Of a stretch of DNA of 64,000 nt, positions 36,665 to 49,899 are shown piece by piece; within the stretch, counting starts at the first letter, position 1, and each line of letters begins with the position of its first letter. The notes under the pieces are model-generated. The model did no database searches and was not told the DNA's origin. It saw only the letters and a program-made list of their open reading frames with translations. Source of the stretch: Narcine bancroftii. Its lineage: Eukaryota. A program made the translations under genes and the position numbers. Where the stretch lies: positions 80,600,001 to 80,664,000 of the forward strand of contig NC_091478.1 in the NCBI RefSeq assembly GCF_036971445.1, read 5' to 3'.

Positions 36665-37000
36665 GAGAAGAGGTGAATGTCAAGAGGGTAACTCTCTGAA
36701 TGGAGATGGAAGGAAAGGGGATGGGGAGATGGAAGAAAGGAAACAGAACGATAGGGGAAGAAGTTTAATGGAAAATCGATGTTTATGCAGTTTGGCTGGA
36801 GAATGCCTAGACAGAATATTAAGAGTTGTTCCTCCAATTTGCAGATAGCCTCAGTTTAGCATTGCATGAAGTTATGGATAAACATGTCAGTGTGGGAATG
36901 CTGCGTGGAATTAAAATGGTTGGCCTCTGGGCGTCCCTGTAATTGCAGCGGACGGAGCAACGATGCTTAATGAAACAATCTCCAAGTCTATGTCTGGTCA
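36665..37000 (-). mobile_element. Penelope-like GIY-YIG fragment
   Basis: RHRLGDCFIKH..SVR and EEQLLIFCLGILQPNCINIDF. Confidence 0.85.
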
Positions 37001-38588
37001 AAGAGGAAGAATAGCTTTTGTTGAAATGCTGAACTCTAGTTTCAGACGTTCTCTCAGATTTCCAGAAGCCATATCCTTGTGCAAATTGCTTTTGGCATTC
37101 AAATCTATCTGTCCTAAGTAACTGCTCCATCAAATAATCAATTTTACTTTGAGCTATTAATACAACATGTTGTACACACACAAAAAATTAGTAGTTAATT
37201 AAATTGCATAAATAAATTATATTTTATGTATATCAAAATATATTAATTGCTTTATCAATTTTCACCATTAGTCCTTCTGACCTCCAGCACTCAATGGATG
37301 CTAGATATTTCATTAGTGTTGAGAGATATAAATGCATTCTATTTCTCCAGGCCTTACCAGCTTCGCAATTGGATTCCTTATTGTTCACAAAGAAATCTGA
37401 ACTGACAATTATCTTGTTTACATACACGAAGATGATCTCAAGGCCAGACCTCTTCCTGCCTGCAACAGCAAACACAAGATGAAAAGCCTCTTTTCAGGCA
37501 CTGTGTGTCTCGCCAAGTTGCGGTTTGGTCTCATTAATTTGCATCCTGTGCTGGTAACAGTGTGATAATTAAGCATTACCAGTATATGCCAACCTTTCCT
37601 TCAGCTTAAAAACTGGGATCCAGGCCAATCCTAGCATTGTTTGGATGAATTATGAAAGAATTAATACTCCAACACAAATGCCTGTATGCTAGACTATGGG
37701 TCTCCCCCACAATATTGAGATGCAAAACATGCCAGCTCAATCTTTGGTCTCCCATTGGTCTTGCTTTTGATGGAAGGAGGATAATACAAAGAGAGAATGA
37801 ATGTGTTAGGAATGGCTCAAAGGTATTTGGAGACGAAAGTTGTTTGCACTGATTCCCTGAAGAAGCAGAGCATTAAACATATTTTATTGGAGGAATTTGG
37901 CAAAGTCGTGAATAGTTTGTGATGATTGTGCCTTGGCAAAATATAAGCAATTTGCTTTATCAATCAATGATCGTTAAGTGTACAAATGTTATCCACATCA
38001 GTATTGCAGATACATACATGTTAGATATCATTAACTTTCCTGTGAACATAGTTTCTGGAATGAAAATTTAATGGAGATTAATATTGCAACTACTCCCCAA
38101 GATTGTTACAGCTCTTTTAAGTACTTCACGATGATCTCTTAATGGATAACAAGATGAGATCATCAGGATGAAGTATCCAAATAAAACATAAGTTTCAGCT
38201 TTTGTTACTCTTTAATCATTTATAAAACTAGATCATTTCTAAATTTGTGAAAAACACAATGGGAGGGATGGTCAATACAGTGGGAAAAGGCAGAAATTAC
38301 AAAAGGACAATGGTAAGCTTGCATGAGTAAATAATTCAACACATAACTCTGCTTGGTATTGTACTTTTGAAGATGTTCAGTGTCATCATTTATTGGTTGG
38401 AACATATGAGTATGATGAGAGAGAGAGAGAAAGGAAGGATCTTGCAGCAGAAAATAAATAACTAGGTTTACTTCTAAAGGGGAAAAAAAATATAAAAGGC
38501 AATGTTATATTGACTTTATCAAATGCTCCACAATCCTGCATGCATTTCTGGTAAACATGTCATACAAATATGGGGAGAGGCTGCAGAG

Positions 38589-38927
38589 CACTGGTCCCTT
38601 TAAGCTGTGTGCGTGCACATGTTTGGCCACCACCGCACAAGAGAAATTAATATGCTCACAAAAGGTTAGTTACCTAAAATAATGTAGAATAAAATCTTAA
38701 CTAAGTCTGTTACTTCATAGAATGCAATCCTACTTGTATTATATTAAAACATGCCAATAACATTTTATTAGCCGTGAGAGTCAGGCTATGCCAAAATTAT
38801 CTTGAACAATTTCGAGTTTACATTTGGACAAGCAATCAGTACGCACATACTTTTGTCACAGGCAATAAAAGTTTGCACAATATGAGATTTTTGCACACAC
38901 AACAACTAAAAATTAGAGGGAACGTTG
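38589..38927. mobile_element. Non-autonomous hAT (Tip100-like) element
   Basis: Termini CACTGGTCCCTTTAA / TTAGAGGGAACGTTG; 8-bp TSD CTGCAGAG / ATGCAGAG (7/8). Confidence 0.8.
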
Positions 38928-39145
38928 ATGCAGAGATATGCCCTGTGAAACCAAAAATGCCACATTTCTGTGGTGGGATAAGACAGAGAAAAGAGCCTGA
39001 GGACTGATCGACGAGAGTTTTTTAAGGTTTTGATGGAGTGGCTACAGACTAAGTTCCACCCTCTCACCCACACCCCTGCCCCCCCCCCCCCCCTCCACCC
39101 TTGATGGCCACCAAAACATCCTGAGGGATTTTGGAGGAAATCTCT

Positions 39146-40157
39146 GCAACAACAACAACAGGGAAGGCGAAATAACATTTAATGCTAAGGTGCCTGCAAA
39201 GACTGGAGACTGCCCTGCAGAATGTCGTGCAAACTTGTCACAATGTGGGGACTGGAACATGCTACCCCAATAGTGGATGAAGTGAGCAGTACAGATGCAT
39301 TTAGAGGTATATGGATCGTGTGCAGGCAGGAGAGATTTAAATTGGCATCATGTTCAGCACCAATATTGTGGGCCAAAGGGTCCATTTCTGTGCTGCATTG
39401 TTCTATGTTCCAGCAATTCCTTAGTAAAATCCCTGCTGAAATTCTCATAAACAAGTCTTCCAAAGGTGAAATGTAACATGGCTTTCTGCAAAGAATGTGG
39501 TCATTACGTTGACAGGAATGTTATATCATTCTCTCTTTATTCCTGTCTCCATCTCTCCAGCATTTGGTACAGACACTGTGCAACAAACTGTACAATAGGG
39601 GCTTTTCAGGGGTTCAGTCATACTGCAAAGCTTGTGTGACCTCTCTTTCCCCCAATAGTCTTTGCACATCTCTCTTGCCTCCCACTTCTCTTCACATCTC
39701 CCTTCCTCCTAGCACATTTCATATTAATCAAGTTGTTGTTTTAAAATTGTGTTCCATTGCGGTTGTTACTCCTATTTATTTACCCACTGTGACTTTAAGA
39801 TCCCTTATTGCCACCCTGATACCCAATGTAAATTTGTATCTAGTTTGTCCTATTTTAATATTCAGGTCCCAACTCAAAATTTAACTGCATTGAAATCACA
39901 AAATTGGTTCTGTAAAGAAAAAAGTCCCAGATCCCTCTTGCACCAAATGGATGGAATTGTTGCAAGTTTTTGTTCCTTTCTTTGAAACAAGAAACTGAAG
40001 AATTTCTTGTGAAGAAATAGGATTACTATTTTTTATATCAGAAAGCCGCAACAACAACAACAGGGAAGGAGAAATAACATTTAATGCTAAGGTGCCTGCA
40101 AAGACTGGAGACTGACCTGCAGAATGTCGTGCAAACTTGTCACAATGTGGGGACTGG
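39146..40157 (+). repeat. 110-bp direct duplication (39146-39255 and 40048-40157)
   Basis: Two mismatches by eye. Confidence 0.95.
39256..39410 (+). mobile_element. CR1 3' tail fragment
   Basis: TTGTGGGCCAAAGGGTCCATTTCTGTGCTGCATTGTTCTATGTTC. Confidence 0.75.
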
Positions 40158-40255
40158 CAGATACAAAGCAGATGGAAGCCCTAAGGATTAATGAGAAAAA
40201 TGAACTGTGTTGAGAAAAAAAACATTAAATATGTTGATACTTATGTGCTTATAGA

Positions 40256-40621
40256 NNNNNNNNNNNNNNNNNNNNNNNNNNNNNNNNNNNNNNNNNNNNN
40301 NNNNNNNNNNNNNNNNNNNNNNNNNNNNNNNNNNNNNNNNNNNNNNNNNNNNNNNNNNNNNNNNNNNNNNNNNNNNNNNNNNNNNNNNNNNNNNNNNNNN
40401 NNNNNNNNNNNNNNNNNNNNNNNNNNNNNNNNNNNNNNNNNNNNNNNNNNNNNNNNNNNNNNNNNNNNNNNNNNNNNNNNNNNNNNNNNNNNNNNNNNNN
40501 NNNNNNNNNNNNNNNNNNNNNNNNNNNNNNNNNNNNNNNNNNNNNNNNNNNNNNNNNNNNNNNNNNNNNNNNNNNNNNNNNNNNNNNNNNNNNNNNNNNN
40601 NNNNNNNNNNNNNNNNNNNNN
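40256..40621. other. Assembly gap (366 N)
   Basis: Run of N. Confidence 0.99.
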
Positions 40622-41578
40622 CATTACTTATCTGAGGCCAAGTAGAACAATATTAAATGCAAAGAAACATTTTTTTCCCCTGTCCAACAATTTATCCAGC
40701 CTCAATTGCTGAAGAGTCCTTGTACTTCTGCTTTTTCTCTGTGAAAACCCATTCATCCCTTTCAGAAAAATTGACAATTCAACGCTGATATTTTGTCTAT
40801 ATATGTACACACACACACACACACACAGTTAAGTAATCTAGAAACTGACAATTTGTTGTGGAAGAACCAACAGTTTAGTTTCATCCTTCATGTGAATCAT
40901 AAGCTTTCACTCCACACCAAGGTTATTGTCACCTTTGGAGTGTCTCTGTTGGTATTACAGTTCCATTATCAGAGAATACATAATTTTTTTAAATTATGAA
41001 CTTTCACACCACTGAATCTCATGGGGCTGGGATTTACAGAGAGCTTAGTGCTGTTTAAATGGCTTTTAGATTTTTTTCTGGTCCTGAAATGTGCTGTGTA
41101 ATGCTATCTGCCTGATGACACTTGGATGTAATTCCAATGCCTTGGTGTGACATTGCTCTGAAAATGGATTTAGATTAACAAATGCTGATAAATTTGGTTT
41201 GGTTCACCTGTTCACATGTCAATGAATAAAATCACACATTTTTGCCATGGACACACAAAACTGTGACCATGAGGTCATTGCTGACATAAATGGCTCAAAT
41301 AGAAGTTAACCCACATTGTTATTAGCTGGGCCTACTTTGAAAGCTGGGGGTGGGGTTAGTTGGATGTTATGTTCTTGATTGTTTCATTGAGGATTGTAAG
41401 TGAGAATGTAACATTACTTATCTGAGGCCAAGTAGAACAATATTAAATGCAAAGAAACACATTTTTTTCCCCTGCCCGACAATTTATCCAGCCTTAATTG
41501 CTGAAGAGTCCTTGTACTTCTGCTTTTTCTCTGTGACTCCCTTTCAGAAAAATTGACAATTCAACGCTGATTATTTTG
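40622..41578 (+). repeat. ~170-bp direct duplication (40622-40795 and 41412-41578)
   Basis: Near-identical, with a few SNPs and one ~10-bp indel. Confidence 0.93.
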
Positions 41579-44159
41579 AATTGGGAATCCTTTGGTGCTG
41601 TGCAGCAAGTCAGGAAAGAGCTGAATAGGGACTTCCCAAATTCATATAGAGCTTATGTGGGTCAAGAATATTGGGTCAGGGTAACAATTACTTACAGCTG
41701 ATTTTATACATGTAGTTTCCTTGTGCATTAAGTGCTATTGATTCTTTCCAATGGCCAGAAGAGTATTTTTCAAGGACAAACAAATTTAATAAAGGGGAAG
41801 AGGGATTTTTTTGTATTTTATGGGCTGTTGTGTCAATAGAAATAGATTGAAGCTAATTGTTTGGGACAGATATACCCTTTAATACATTATAGCATACTTT
41901 CACAAACTGAAGAGCTGTATCTGAAAACTACGCACTAAAAAGTCAATCAAGCCTAATAATTTATGATCTTAGTATTGCCAATTCAATAGTAATGGAAAAA
42001 GATTTGACCCTTGGACAGATTTTCTGTGCAAAAAATATGGGTCCAGATCTTCCCCTTAAAAGTGACAGGGTTCCTGAGCACTAAATCATAGAGTTCAGTA
42101 ATATTTCGGTGCTGACCCTTGAACACCTGCATTGCCCAACTTGACTCCGATTGGAACCCAACAGCTCAAAGCAGACATCTGTAGATGCCTGTGTTCTCAG
42201 ACTAGAAGTCTATTTGCTTCGTCAGCGCCAGCTTAAAACCAGCCACAAGTCCTGGTGAAATCAATGGGAACTATTGGGGGATGGTGTTAGTCTCTTTTGG
42301 TTTGATTTATGTCAGTAAGTTTAACCCTATTTGATTAGTTTGAGTGTGCATGACACATTTAATTTATTAATGCTGCTTTTATATTTAATATTTCTCTTTA
42401 AATGCTTGTGCAGGTCAAAGGCATTCTCAAACATTCAATTTCAGTGGCTGCTTTGACAGCCGGTGAGCCTGGGGGTGAGGACTCACAGGGAGTTTGACCC
42501 ATTCTGGAAATTCAGCTGGATATTTGTGATCTGGCAGTCCCTGCACTGCACTTGACTGCTGTAATGTGTTGGGGACCAAGTTTCCAGGGCCTGTCTGGAG
42601 GAACAGTATGATCCAGGGCCACATGGCTGTGGTAGCAGGAGCCAGCAATAGGGTCCGCCCTATAACGATTGCAAAGTTTCCCATAATTATAAAGAAAGCA
42701 CATGGGTTTCTTGCTCTGGCGCTGCCAGGCTATCTACAGAGTCATGGAGAAATGGCCTTTTGCGTAATTTCCCTGTGGAATCCAAACAGTTCCACTGAAG
42801 TTAGGACTGTGTGCTGGGAGAATACATGGGATTTCAGGACTATGTTACTCCTGCTAATGTATTTAGTGCTTTTGATCTGTAACTTCAAACATTTATGGAA
42901 TAATTGGCGAATGACATAATTGATAAAATATTGTGTGATTGTGATGAACCTCATGTTATCTGTACTTGATACTATCCTTGATACTAATTGTAGGAGAACA
43001 GATAAGAAAACATGTTTAAGAATGAAAACAGAAAAAATTTGGATGCCTCAGTAGCCTGCCTTGACACCTTGAATTTTAATTAAGCACTGACAACACAGGT
43101 ATTCTATCTAATGCTCTGGTTCAGAAACACATAGCCCTAACTTCCCAGATTTCATGCATAGCTGGGTTCTGATAATCCACACAGATAATATAACAGTTGC
43201 CCAAAATTAAAATGGCAGCTACAGTCAAGGCCCTTCATTGATCTGCTCAGATACCTTCCCTTGAGGATACAATATAAGTAATTGGTCTGGCTTTAAGAAT
43301 TGTCATCCGTACAGATAGGGTAATGGAGTTCATGGTTCAGGTTTGAGACCCTTCATCAGAAGAAAAGAAGTTGCTTTCAGCTCCAGAGAATGTGGAGGAA
43401 TGATGGGTAAAATAAAGGGATCACTCTTTTCGGATTAGACCAGATGAGTAAATGTGGCAGGTAGAGCTAGATTTTACTATTTTGTGCATTTGATGGGGTG
43501 TTAATGGAAGGTTCTCTGTCACCTTCCCTTTGCCAGCTTGACTTTGGATGACAGAAATAAAAGGCTGAAGAAAATAAAAACCCAAACCAAACACGGAACT
43601 TGAGGTCTGTGAATGAAACCTGCTTTCTCTATGCATCTGAGTCCTGGGGTAACTACAACAGTCTCCTTAAAGCAATAGAAAAGTACTACCGTCACACTTC
43701 CAACAAAATCTTCCTTCTCTACTGGCAGATAAGCAACCTAATGTCCCCATCCTCTCCCAGCTTAACGTTCCAGCATCGAGGTTCTAATTATATTTAATCA
43801 GCTCCAATGGGCAGGCCACATTGTTCGCATGCCTGACACCACACTTTCCAAACAGACAGACTATTCTCAGCTTCATCATAGAAAGAGATTACCAGGAGAA
43901 TAGAGGGAAAGATTCAAAATGCTCTTGAAGTCTCCTTGAAAAATCATAATGCCCAGACTTATGATTAATTCTTGCCCATGCCCCCTTAAAATGGAGAAGG
44001 AATAATCAGGAAGACAGTGATTGCCTGTTGGTTTATTAATATCTGCTGCCAGTCTTGTCAGCACCTTCCTCATCCAGAACTACTTTGCATTTTCCTTCAG
44101 TCAATTCTCATCTCCTTGGCTTTTGGTCAGGAACCTCCCACCAGGTAAGCTGCAGGCAC

Positions 44160-44550
44160 ACAGTTAGAAAGCATGGAAAAGGGTCTTCTGGCCCATCACA
44201 TTCATGCTAGTTATCTTGTACCTATCTGCACAATACCATTTTCCAGCCCATGGCCTTTCATGCCATGGTGTTTCAAGTAGTCAACTGATTACTGTTGTGA
44301 GATTTTCCATCTGACTTGCAAATCAAACTGTTCCTTTAGACAAGTCCTGTCCATCAGAAATCTTTTCCAATAAATTTCCCAATATTAATGGTAGACTCAC
44401 TGGCCGATATTTACTTGGCTTATCCCTGCTGCCCTTTTGCTTAAAGGTATTTAAGCTGTCATTATTCCTTGCATCTCTTCTGTGGTCAGACAAAATTTGT
44501 AAATTTCTGTCAGAGCCCAAGCAAAAAACTTGGGAATACATCTCATCTGG
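44160..44550 (-). mobile_element. Internally deleted CR1 fragment
   Basis: 3' tail at ~44160-44290 joined to an RT start KGSRDKPSKYRPVSL..ILGNLLEKI. Confidence 0.75.
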
Positions 44551-44568
44551 TAAATATTTTTCAATGTA

Positions 44569-44822
44569 AATTTAATTTTTTTTTAATTTAGACATACAGC
44601 ACGGCAACAGGCCATGTCAGCCCATGAGTCCATGGCACCCAATTTACACACAATTAAACTAAACCCCTGGTATGAATTAAACAATGGGAGGAAACTGGAA
44701 CCCCTGGGGAAAACCTATGCAGACACGAGGAGGACATACAAACTCCTTACAGACGACATGGTATTTGAACCCTGGTCCTGATGTAAAGGGGTTGCGCTAA
44801 CGGTTATGCCAACTGTGCCGCC
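44569..44822 (-). mobile_element. V-domain SINE
   Basis: AATTTAGACATACAGCACGGCAACAGGCC...ACAAACTCCTTACAGAC. Confidence 0.88.
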
Positions 44823-46402
44823 ATACTGGGGATTAATCCACTAAAACATTTAATGCTTTCTATTTTACGGTGGTAATTTGTACTGGAATGACAATGTCCT
44901 CCTTCATGCTGAATACATTTGAGAAAGAACACAAGGACAGGTAAAGACACAGGAGATCAAAGGTCATGAGTTGTGCAGTATTGAATTAGAACACAAAACT
45001 TAATCTGTACATCAAGTGCTCTGGTAGTTGACAATGATGGATGTAGGAAGGCTTGGGACTGTTGGTGTATAGACAACTGTAGTTGTGGTGACCAGAATTG
45101 CATTGGGAAGAGTTCTTCTTGACTACCCTGCATAAGGGCTGCCTAAACTGCTTCCTTCAGTCTATGTGCTCCTTCTTTTCTGTGGCCACACCTTCCTCCA
45201 TCCTCATCCTCCCATTCCTCCTTTTACTCTTCAATTGCTGGGGTCAAGGGTTGTTCCTTCATAATGACAAGGTTGTATGGTACACTGGAGGCCATCACTA
45301 ATCTTGACTCCTACTCTAGGGAGTAACACAAGATTCCACAGAGATTAGATTCAGCCTTACTGGAGTAACACACCCTTGGCACTCTGGAGATCTGCTCCAT
45401 CACGTTTCATGCAGCAGAATAAATTTCATTGGCTGCTGCCCAGATTTGATACGAGTTGTGCCCGAGCTTCGTGCACTATGTTCTCAGTGAATATTCTGAG
45501 TCAGCCAGCAGCCACCCTTTGGCTTATCATAGGGGATTTAAGACCAGTGCTGAGAGATCCATGTGGAGCATCATAAACTGCTTATCCTGGACACTCCTGG
45601 CAACTGTGTTGATCCCTCCCTCATACATGAATGATACATGGACACTGAACATTTTGGAACTCCGAGGGAAGGCCTCTATTTGCCTTGAAGCTTTCATATA
45701 TTTAATACATTTGTATTTTGTATTTGTTCTGAGGCTTTATTTATTTTTGAAATAAAATAATTGAGTTCCATTTCTTCCACTGACTGTGTAATTAAAATAA
45801 AAAGAAAGTTGTGAACCATGAAATTCATATTAAATGAATATATGTAGATAGATGGAACAACTTCTCAGAGTGATTTTGATTAATACTGAACTTCAGCTTA
45901 TATTCATCCATACTGAAGTAAGCACTTCAGCCTGGTTTCACAGTATATGAGCAAATAGCTTCATGTGACCCAAAAGCCCATCAACTTTTACTGATATCAG
46001 TTGGAATGGCAACTAAGGGACAAAAATTGAACTGATCACTCTTGAGACTGGGACAGAGCAAAATGCCAGTCAAAATTTCTCCAGCAAACATTTTTGTCAA
46101 TCCCTGCTGAAAAGTACATGTTTGGACATTTGGTGATTGAAACAATCTGGTTCATTTAATGATTCCTTACATGTTTGTTGAAATTGAACACCCTCTGTCT
46201 TGGCTTACTGAAATTTTTTTTAAAATACAGACGTTTGGGTGAGGAGCTGATTTCCTTGGGATTGCTCAGGAAAATATTCTAATTTGAAATGTGCTTAAGC
46301 ATAAAAATTGAATGTTGAATTCTTGTCTTACGAGATTTACCATGGAAACAATACTCTTTGGTTCAGAATGTACACTGTAGGCATCTCTGTTTGGTGAAAT
46401 TA

Positions 46403-47022
46403 CAGCTGGTCCCTGACTTACAACCTATGCAACTTATGACCACCGCCACGTACAACCAACTTTTATAAATATATAGATATATATAAAATTTACGCAGTTT
46501 ATATTGCATTTCACAAAGCATGACATGGATACAGGACATGTAAGAGCCAACATGTGCATACTTACCTTGTTAGGCAGCGTTCTGGGGACCCGGGGCTCCC
46601 AGCGATCATCTTGATTCCTGTGTGAATGCGCAAGTCTTCAGTAGGCGCATGTGCAGTGGATTCGTGTATTGGAGATTGGTTGGCACTGGCCTGTGAGTTA
46701 AGGATGCAAATTTAATTCAGTGTGCATGCGCCAACCAAACTCCATTACGCAAACCCACCAAAGGCTCGTGCATGCACACAGGAATCAAGATGGCTGAGCC
46801 CAGCCCCGGGACCACAAGACTTCGACTAACAAGGTAAGCATGGACAAGAATGGGAAAGATTCGCCATAGTGGATTGACAAATTCAGGAAGCTTTAAGTTG
46901 TTGTCCTCAAACGTATGATGAAAAATATATTTATTTAAAAGTTTGCTTGAAGACTTTGGAACTCCATGCCCATGGGCACAATTCTTCAGTCCCCATTACG
47001 GTCATAATTCAGGGACTTCCAG
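46403..47022. mobile_element. Tigger/pogo-type MITE with a long internal inverted repeat
   Basis: TA|CAGCTGGTCCCTGACTTACAACC ... GGTCATAATTCAGGGACTTCCAG|TA; internal IR arms ~46561-46686 and 46728-46838. Confidence 0.78.
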
Positions 47023-47494
47023 TAATATTTGAAGATCGAGAGATTGCACTCCTAAATGTTTTGGGTCTCCTGTGATGAGGTGAAACATTATCATTGTATG
47101 ACATGATGCCACCTCCACCCTTTTCCTTGCCTGCAAATTAACAAAACAATTGCATCTGATAGGCCACCAAACATTTTTTGAAGATTTTGCTGAGATGATC
47201 AAATCTTTACAGAAAGGAATAAATTATCATTTTGCATTCTCTCCTTCCAACCCCTCACCCCTGCCCCGCATCTTCTCTGGGTCTGCACGACATGGAAATA
47301 CCATTGCACACGTGCATGTTGAATTATAATTTTGTTTCCAATGAAGAAGTCGCTCTGGATCTATTAGCATAAGTTTCAACATCACTGTAGTACTTATGAA
47401 GCAGCTATGAATCAAGGAATCACTAGGCTGCTAATTGAGGATTTTTAGTGGCAAAAGTGTTTAAGGACATTTTGCCCAATGCCATCAATTTGCA

Positions 47495-47640
47495 AAACTG
47501 TGGGAATTCTTTGAGGAATTCACTAAATTAGTGAACAAAGGATTTTTGGTAGATGTAATATACTCAGATTTTGAACTGGCCTTTGACGTTTTTGCATCAG
47601 AGGCTCTCAAAAGATAATGATGCATGGCAGAAGTGTCAAC
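47495..47640 (+). mobile_element. Old CR1 RT fragment
   Basis: EFFEEFTKLVNKGFLVDVIYSDFELAFD. Confidence 0.75.
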
Positions 47641-48317
47641 TCATTTAAAAAAAGCTTTAGAGCAAGTGTGGCAAAAGGAATGAGAAGATTCCAGAATTAA
47701 TGTGAAAGTTAAAAAGGTTATTATTTTTAGGAACTCATTTTAGGTGTTCTGCTATATGTGTTCGAAGAACCCAGAAGATTTGTAGATGTCTGCTAATTAT
47801 ATATCTGGATGACATTCAAGGGGAAATTAGTAACAAGTTAAGGAAAAATAAATCTAAATGGGAAAATTTAAAATGCTGGTAGTACAACGGACTAAGAATA
47901 GAAAATCAGAAACATGTATGATAGAAATAGAAGTCAGCTGCAAAAGAAAGATCAATCAACCAGTATGCTTACAATATCCATATCAGACTGTCCACAATCC
48001 CCTTGCATTTACCTCAGCCAAACACAGTTCACACACTCCATGTAAGTCCAGAAGTGACCGACTATTTAGAAGTTAAAAATTAAGTTTCAAATCATCTTGC
48101 AGTTGGTTAGATTGTATTTTAAGCATTGCACCATAATTTCAAAAGTGCATGAATGCATTTGCACATGTGAAGTGGTTCTGTGTCAAAATGGATAATTCAA
48201 GCCATCAATATGTAAAAATTGGATAAAATGTTGACTAAATTGGATAAAAATGTACATTTCAGTCATGCATTCTATTCACTGAAAATCTCGGCAAACTTGA
48301 GCATTAGCAATGATATA

Positions 48318-49119
48318 CCATATATTTAGGTATATAACTCAACCGGCAGATAGGTCGACCCCCCCCTCCCCCTCTTTTTCATTTTAGTAGTTTTATGGTA
48401 TATCCAGCATATAAGTTGACTCTGATTTTCTGGCTCCCCAGCAATAATCAAATTTTTTTTAAAAAAGTAATAAAGCTGTAAATTGCTGTATGCAAGTAAA
48501 AAGAAACAGTGAAAAAACTCTGGGCTTACCAGCCAGGAGCGAAACCTTTGCCTATGTGGCAGGCGAAGTGGCATCGTTCTCCCAGTGGGCGTGAGAACCT
48601 CAGACCAATGTGATGGCAACCTCATTCTCCCGGCGAGAGCAGGAACCTCCTGCTGTGAGAACAAGGTCGCTGCTCCTGGTCCTGAGAATGAGATTGCTGC
48701 TTCTGCCATGTGGCAGAAACGGCGACTTTGTTCTCCTGAGCAGGAGTGGTTACCTCAGCCTACATGGCAGAAATGGTGACCTCGGCTTACCGGGCAGTAG
48801 AGGGAACCTTGGCTTATTGGGCAGGAGAGGGAACCTTGGCTTATCGGGCAGGAGCGAGGACCTCAGGGTCCTGGGTAGGAGTGGGGACCTCGAGCTCTAT
48901 AATTGTAGAATATTTGGTTGGGGTAATGGCAGCACCCAGCGGTGATGAGATGGTTCCAATGTCGACTAATACATTGAATTGGTGATTCCAGGGTCGACCT
49001 ATATGCTGAATCAAACAGTTTTTGACATGAATTTAATGTCTCAGAAGTCTATCTGGTGTATAAGTTAACCCCCATTTTTTGAGGGTTTTACAATTCGACT
49101 TGTATGCTAAAATATACAG
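48318..49119. mobile_element. Tc1/mariner-superfamily (Tc2/pogo-like) non-autonomous element
   Basis: TA|CCATATATTTAGGTATATAACTCAAC ... TCGACTTGTATGCTAAAATATACAG|TA; subterminal TATAAGTTGAC/GTCGACC repeats. Confidence 0.72.
48712..48900 (+). repeat. Degenerate 27-bp minisatellite x7
   Basis: Units like GGCAGGAGAGGGAACCTTGGCTTATCG. Confidence 0.85.
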
Positions 49120-49899
49120 TAAGTTGAGGTTAGAATCGAGAGTAAAATATAGTACATCATAAAGATGTCAAAGTAAAAATTGAAATTTGAAATAATTTTT
49201 TGGATTGCCTGTGATAAAACTAATGGTAGTTCAAAGGATATATCATTTTGGTATGACAGAAAAAAAATTATGACTGAATTGCACATCTTTGTTCCCGCAA
49301 AATTCTTATTCTAGATTTCAAATCCTCCTTGCACTCATCCCTCTGTATCTCACAATCTCCTCCAGCTCTTTAATATCCAAGATACAAAAGCTCTTCTATT
49401 TCTTGACTTCTCATCCCAAAATGTAATTGCTTAACTGATGACAGCTTCATTTGCCAAGGATACAAACACTGGAATTTTTTTCCTAAAATCTCTCCTCACC
49501 TGTAATAATCCCTTCTCGTTTGGTGCTAATAGTCCATTATTTTGAAGGTAAAACAGTAACATCAAGACTTCCATATATGACTAATTTCACACGTAAAATT
49601 CCATGTTCAATTCACCACTCCTCTAGAAAATGTGGTCTTTAAACTAGAGAAATCATTTGAGCTGTGTGAATTTAAACTACTACAGCAATATATTTAGTAC
49701 ATTAACATGAAAATCTTGAGTTATTGCATAAAGCGTAAGTTTTTAATGGTGTACTAAGTAGTTGTCTCAGTTTGACAGAATATTTGGCACCATAAGTGCT
49801 CTGTGACTCACTCATAAACATTTCAACATGTGAGAGCTTTTAATTTTTTTTTGGAGATTTTAACTTCTTGCTCAATCACATTATTTATGCTGCTCATGA

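Noticed and set aside
42427-42919. Overlapping ORFs as a coding exon
   Set aside because: No recognisable domain in any frame
48610-48945. Collagen exon
   Set aside because: Lies inside a TIR element, is Pro-poor and lacks a clear splice-site pair
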